DNA of 64,000 nucleotides from Escherichia coli (GTDB lineage Bacteria; Pseudomonadota; Gammaproteobacteria; Enterobacterales; Enterobacteriaceae): NCBI RefSeq assembly GCF_013122565.1, contig NZ_CP053258.1; one strand, 5' to 3'. Shown piece by piece: positions 62,242 to 64,000 of this stretch (position 1 is its first letter; each line of letters starts with the position of its first letter). The notes under the pieces were generated by a model. It saw only the letters and a program-made list of their open reading frames with translations, ran no database searches and was not told where the DNA came from. The position numbers and the translations under genes were made by a program.

Positions 62242-63120
62242 TTACGCCAAATTTACAGAGAAGATTTCCTCGACCATTGCCCCCACCAGACGCTGCGCTG
62301 AACAGAGTCGTGGCATCCCCAGCGCGACAGTTTGCCAACGTTGGGTCACTGACCAGCTAACGGGTTGTTTATCTGCCGTGGTCCACTTTCCCAGCCAACT
62401 TAAAAAATCAGCATGATCCCCGCCCGTCGGAACGGTCGAAGAGGCAAACCACTGATGGTAATAGTGACGCGTGGTCGGGGCCGCATTGATACTCTCTGCC
62501 AGATGTTGTGTCGCTTTCACGCGCAAATCACCCAGCAACAACGCCACCGCTTGCGGGCCTCCCAGACGGCAGGCATCGCCAAATGCCCCCCAACGCAACT
62601 CTTCGAGAACGATAAAACAGCGCCCAGGCAACGACCAGGCGTTATACGCCCCAGCACGCCAGCGGGTAAAAATTTGCTCGCTCTGTTCACCCGCCTGCAC
62701 CAGTAGGCCTCGTTGCGTTAACGCCTTTTCCTTCCAGCGACAACGGGCTGAAAACCACTCATACAAGGCAGCAATTTGCTGAGGGAGCTCCGGGAAAGCA
62801 GAGTGCTGGCGGTGATCCATTTTTTGCAGCAGCGCCAGATGCTGCGCGATCTGCGTCAGTGCCAGATGACCGGGATCCAGCATCGACGCCAGTTTTTCCA
62901 CCAATGTCAAACGCAGGCTAAGCGGCGCATTTAACATGCCGCCGTTCGTCCATGTCTGAAGCTGCACGCGCGCAAGAAGTTCCTGCATCAGTCGTTCACG
63001 AAACTGCTGCTGATGGGCTTGTGGAAGGCGGGCATCATCGCCCTGCGCCAGATCCACTAAAAAGCGCGGATGAACCGACTCCAGCACGCGACCGGGGCCG
63101 TCCAGTAACGTCTTGGTCAA
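62242..63120 (-). CDS. yjcZ: uncharacterised protein YjcZ
   Basis: ORF track 292 aa; conserved position between proP and crfC. Confidence 0.8.
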   Translation of the reverse strand: MTKTLLDGPGRVLESVHPRFLVDLAQGDDARLPQAHQQQFRERLMQELLARVQLQTWTNGGMLNAPLSLRLTLVEKLASMLDPGHLALTQIAQHLALLQKMDHRQHSAFPELPQQIAALYEWFSARCRWKEKALTQRGLLVQAGEQSEQIFTRWRAGAYNAWSLPGRCFIVLEELRWGAFGDACRLGGPQAVALLLGDLRVKATQHLAESINAAPTTRHYYHQWFASSTVPTGGDHADFLSWLGKWTTADKQPVSWSVTQRWQTVALGMPRLCSAQRLVGAMVEEIFSVNLA

Positions 63121-64000
63121 TATCGTTCTGCCGTGAAAAGTGTTTGAATATCATCGCGTAACAACTGAGCGTCGGTGTAAATCCAGCCGTGAGTCATCAC
63201 AGTCTGCTGCAATTGCTGCTGCATCAACCTGACCACCGATTCATTTTGTTGACGCAGAGCCAGACTTTCGCGTAAACGCGTCTGTAATTCCGTCAAACAT
63301 GAAGCGAACTCAGCGAAAAAAGTATTCATGCCTGCCGTAACAGATTCATCGACCTGCTCTGCCAGAACTTTAGCCATTTGTTGGCAATAAAGATCGACTT
63401 CTGCGCTTAATGCTCGTTGCAACACACTGTAATCAACCGTTTCTGTCGGGGATTTCTCATTTCCCCGTCCCCAGTCGGGCTGATTCAACCAGCGCGAAAA
63501 AGTCTCACGCACAACGCCTAAACGCGTGCTCTGCTCGTCCGTTGCTTCCTGGCGCGAAATGACTTCACTGAACAGCTGGCGAGTGTTGAAGTGGGGAACT
63601 GCGCCGTGAAAAACAGGAAAATGAAACCCAGGACGAAACCCTGACTCGCTCAATTCCATTTTGACTTGTTGTTCAATGGGGCGAATAACATCGGTTAACA
63701 CCCGGCAAAGAGTGGATTCAAGCTCGGCAAAACGCAGCGTAAAGTCGCGACTGATGGTGTTCTGCGCCGTCTGTAACAGTGTCTCACAGCGGGTACGAAT
63801 CTCGCTTAACGGCTCCGAATCATCCTGAAACAAGGCGGCTAACTGCGCATTCAGCGCATCTTGCTGTTGACGCAGAAAGTGGTTGGCCGAGGTCAGGGCC
63901 AGCTCGATTTCATGTTTAATCTCGCCGCTCACCTGCGCCTGATTGAGTTGCAATAGCTGCAAACTTTCTTCGACCTGATGGATATTTTGCCGCAATTGTT
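63117..64000 (-). CDS. crfC: dynamin-like clamp-binding sister replication fork colocalisation protein CrfC (YjdA), C-terminal part only (5' end beyond window)
   Basis: ORF track 63117..63995 is open to the window edge; coiled-coil-rich sequence; 4-bp overlap with yjcZ. Confidence 0.75.
   Translation of the reverse strand, partial: QLRQNIHQVEESLQLLQLNQAQVSGEIKHEIELALTSANHFLRQQQDALNAQLAALFQDDSEPLSEIRTRCETLLQTAQNTISRDFTLRFAELESTLCRVLTDVIRPIEQQVKMELSESGFRPGFHFPVFHGAVPHFNTRQLFSEVISRQEATDEQSTRLGVVRETFSRWLNQPDWGRGNEKSPTETVDYSVLQRALSAEVDLYCQQMAKVLAEQVDESVTAGMNTFFAEFASCLTELQTRLRESLALRQQNESVVRLMQQQLQQTVMTHGWIYTDAQLLRDDIQTLFTAERY

Overview
This window reads as enterobacterial core chromosome, colinear with the Escherichia coli K-12 region from tsaE/nnr/queG through the frd operon, groESL, aspA-dcuA, the cad and adi acid-resistance loci, basRS and proP to crfC, in inverted orientation relative to K-12 numbering. 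Almost every ORF of 70 aa or more on the six-frame track is a recognisable, well-studied gene whose length matches the known product. I found no integrase, transposase, IS element, prophage, CRISPR array or unexplained gene-sized gap, so I see no support for a previously undescribed system here. The features worth a second look are three places where gene order as I recall it from K-12 predicts genes that are absent (ampC, melB, yjeN-yjeO), a three-copy tRNA-Gly array with an unexplained 121-bp segment, two small toxin/antidote-type loci (ghoST, ecnAB), and a few unexplained palindromes in promoter regions. All reference comparisons are from memory and need alignment to confirm. CDS coordinates come from the supplied ORF track with start-codon offsets; hand-counted small features may be off by 1-2 nt.
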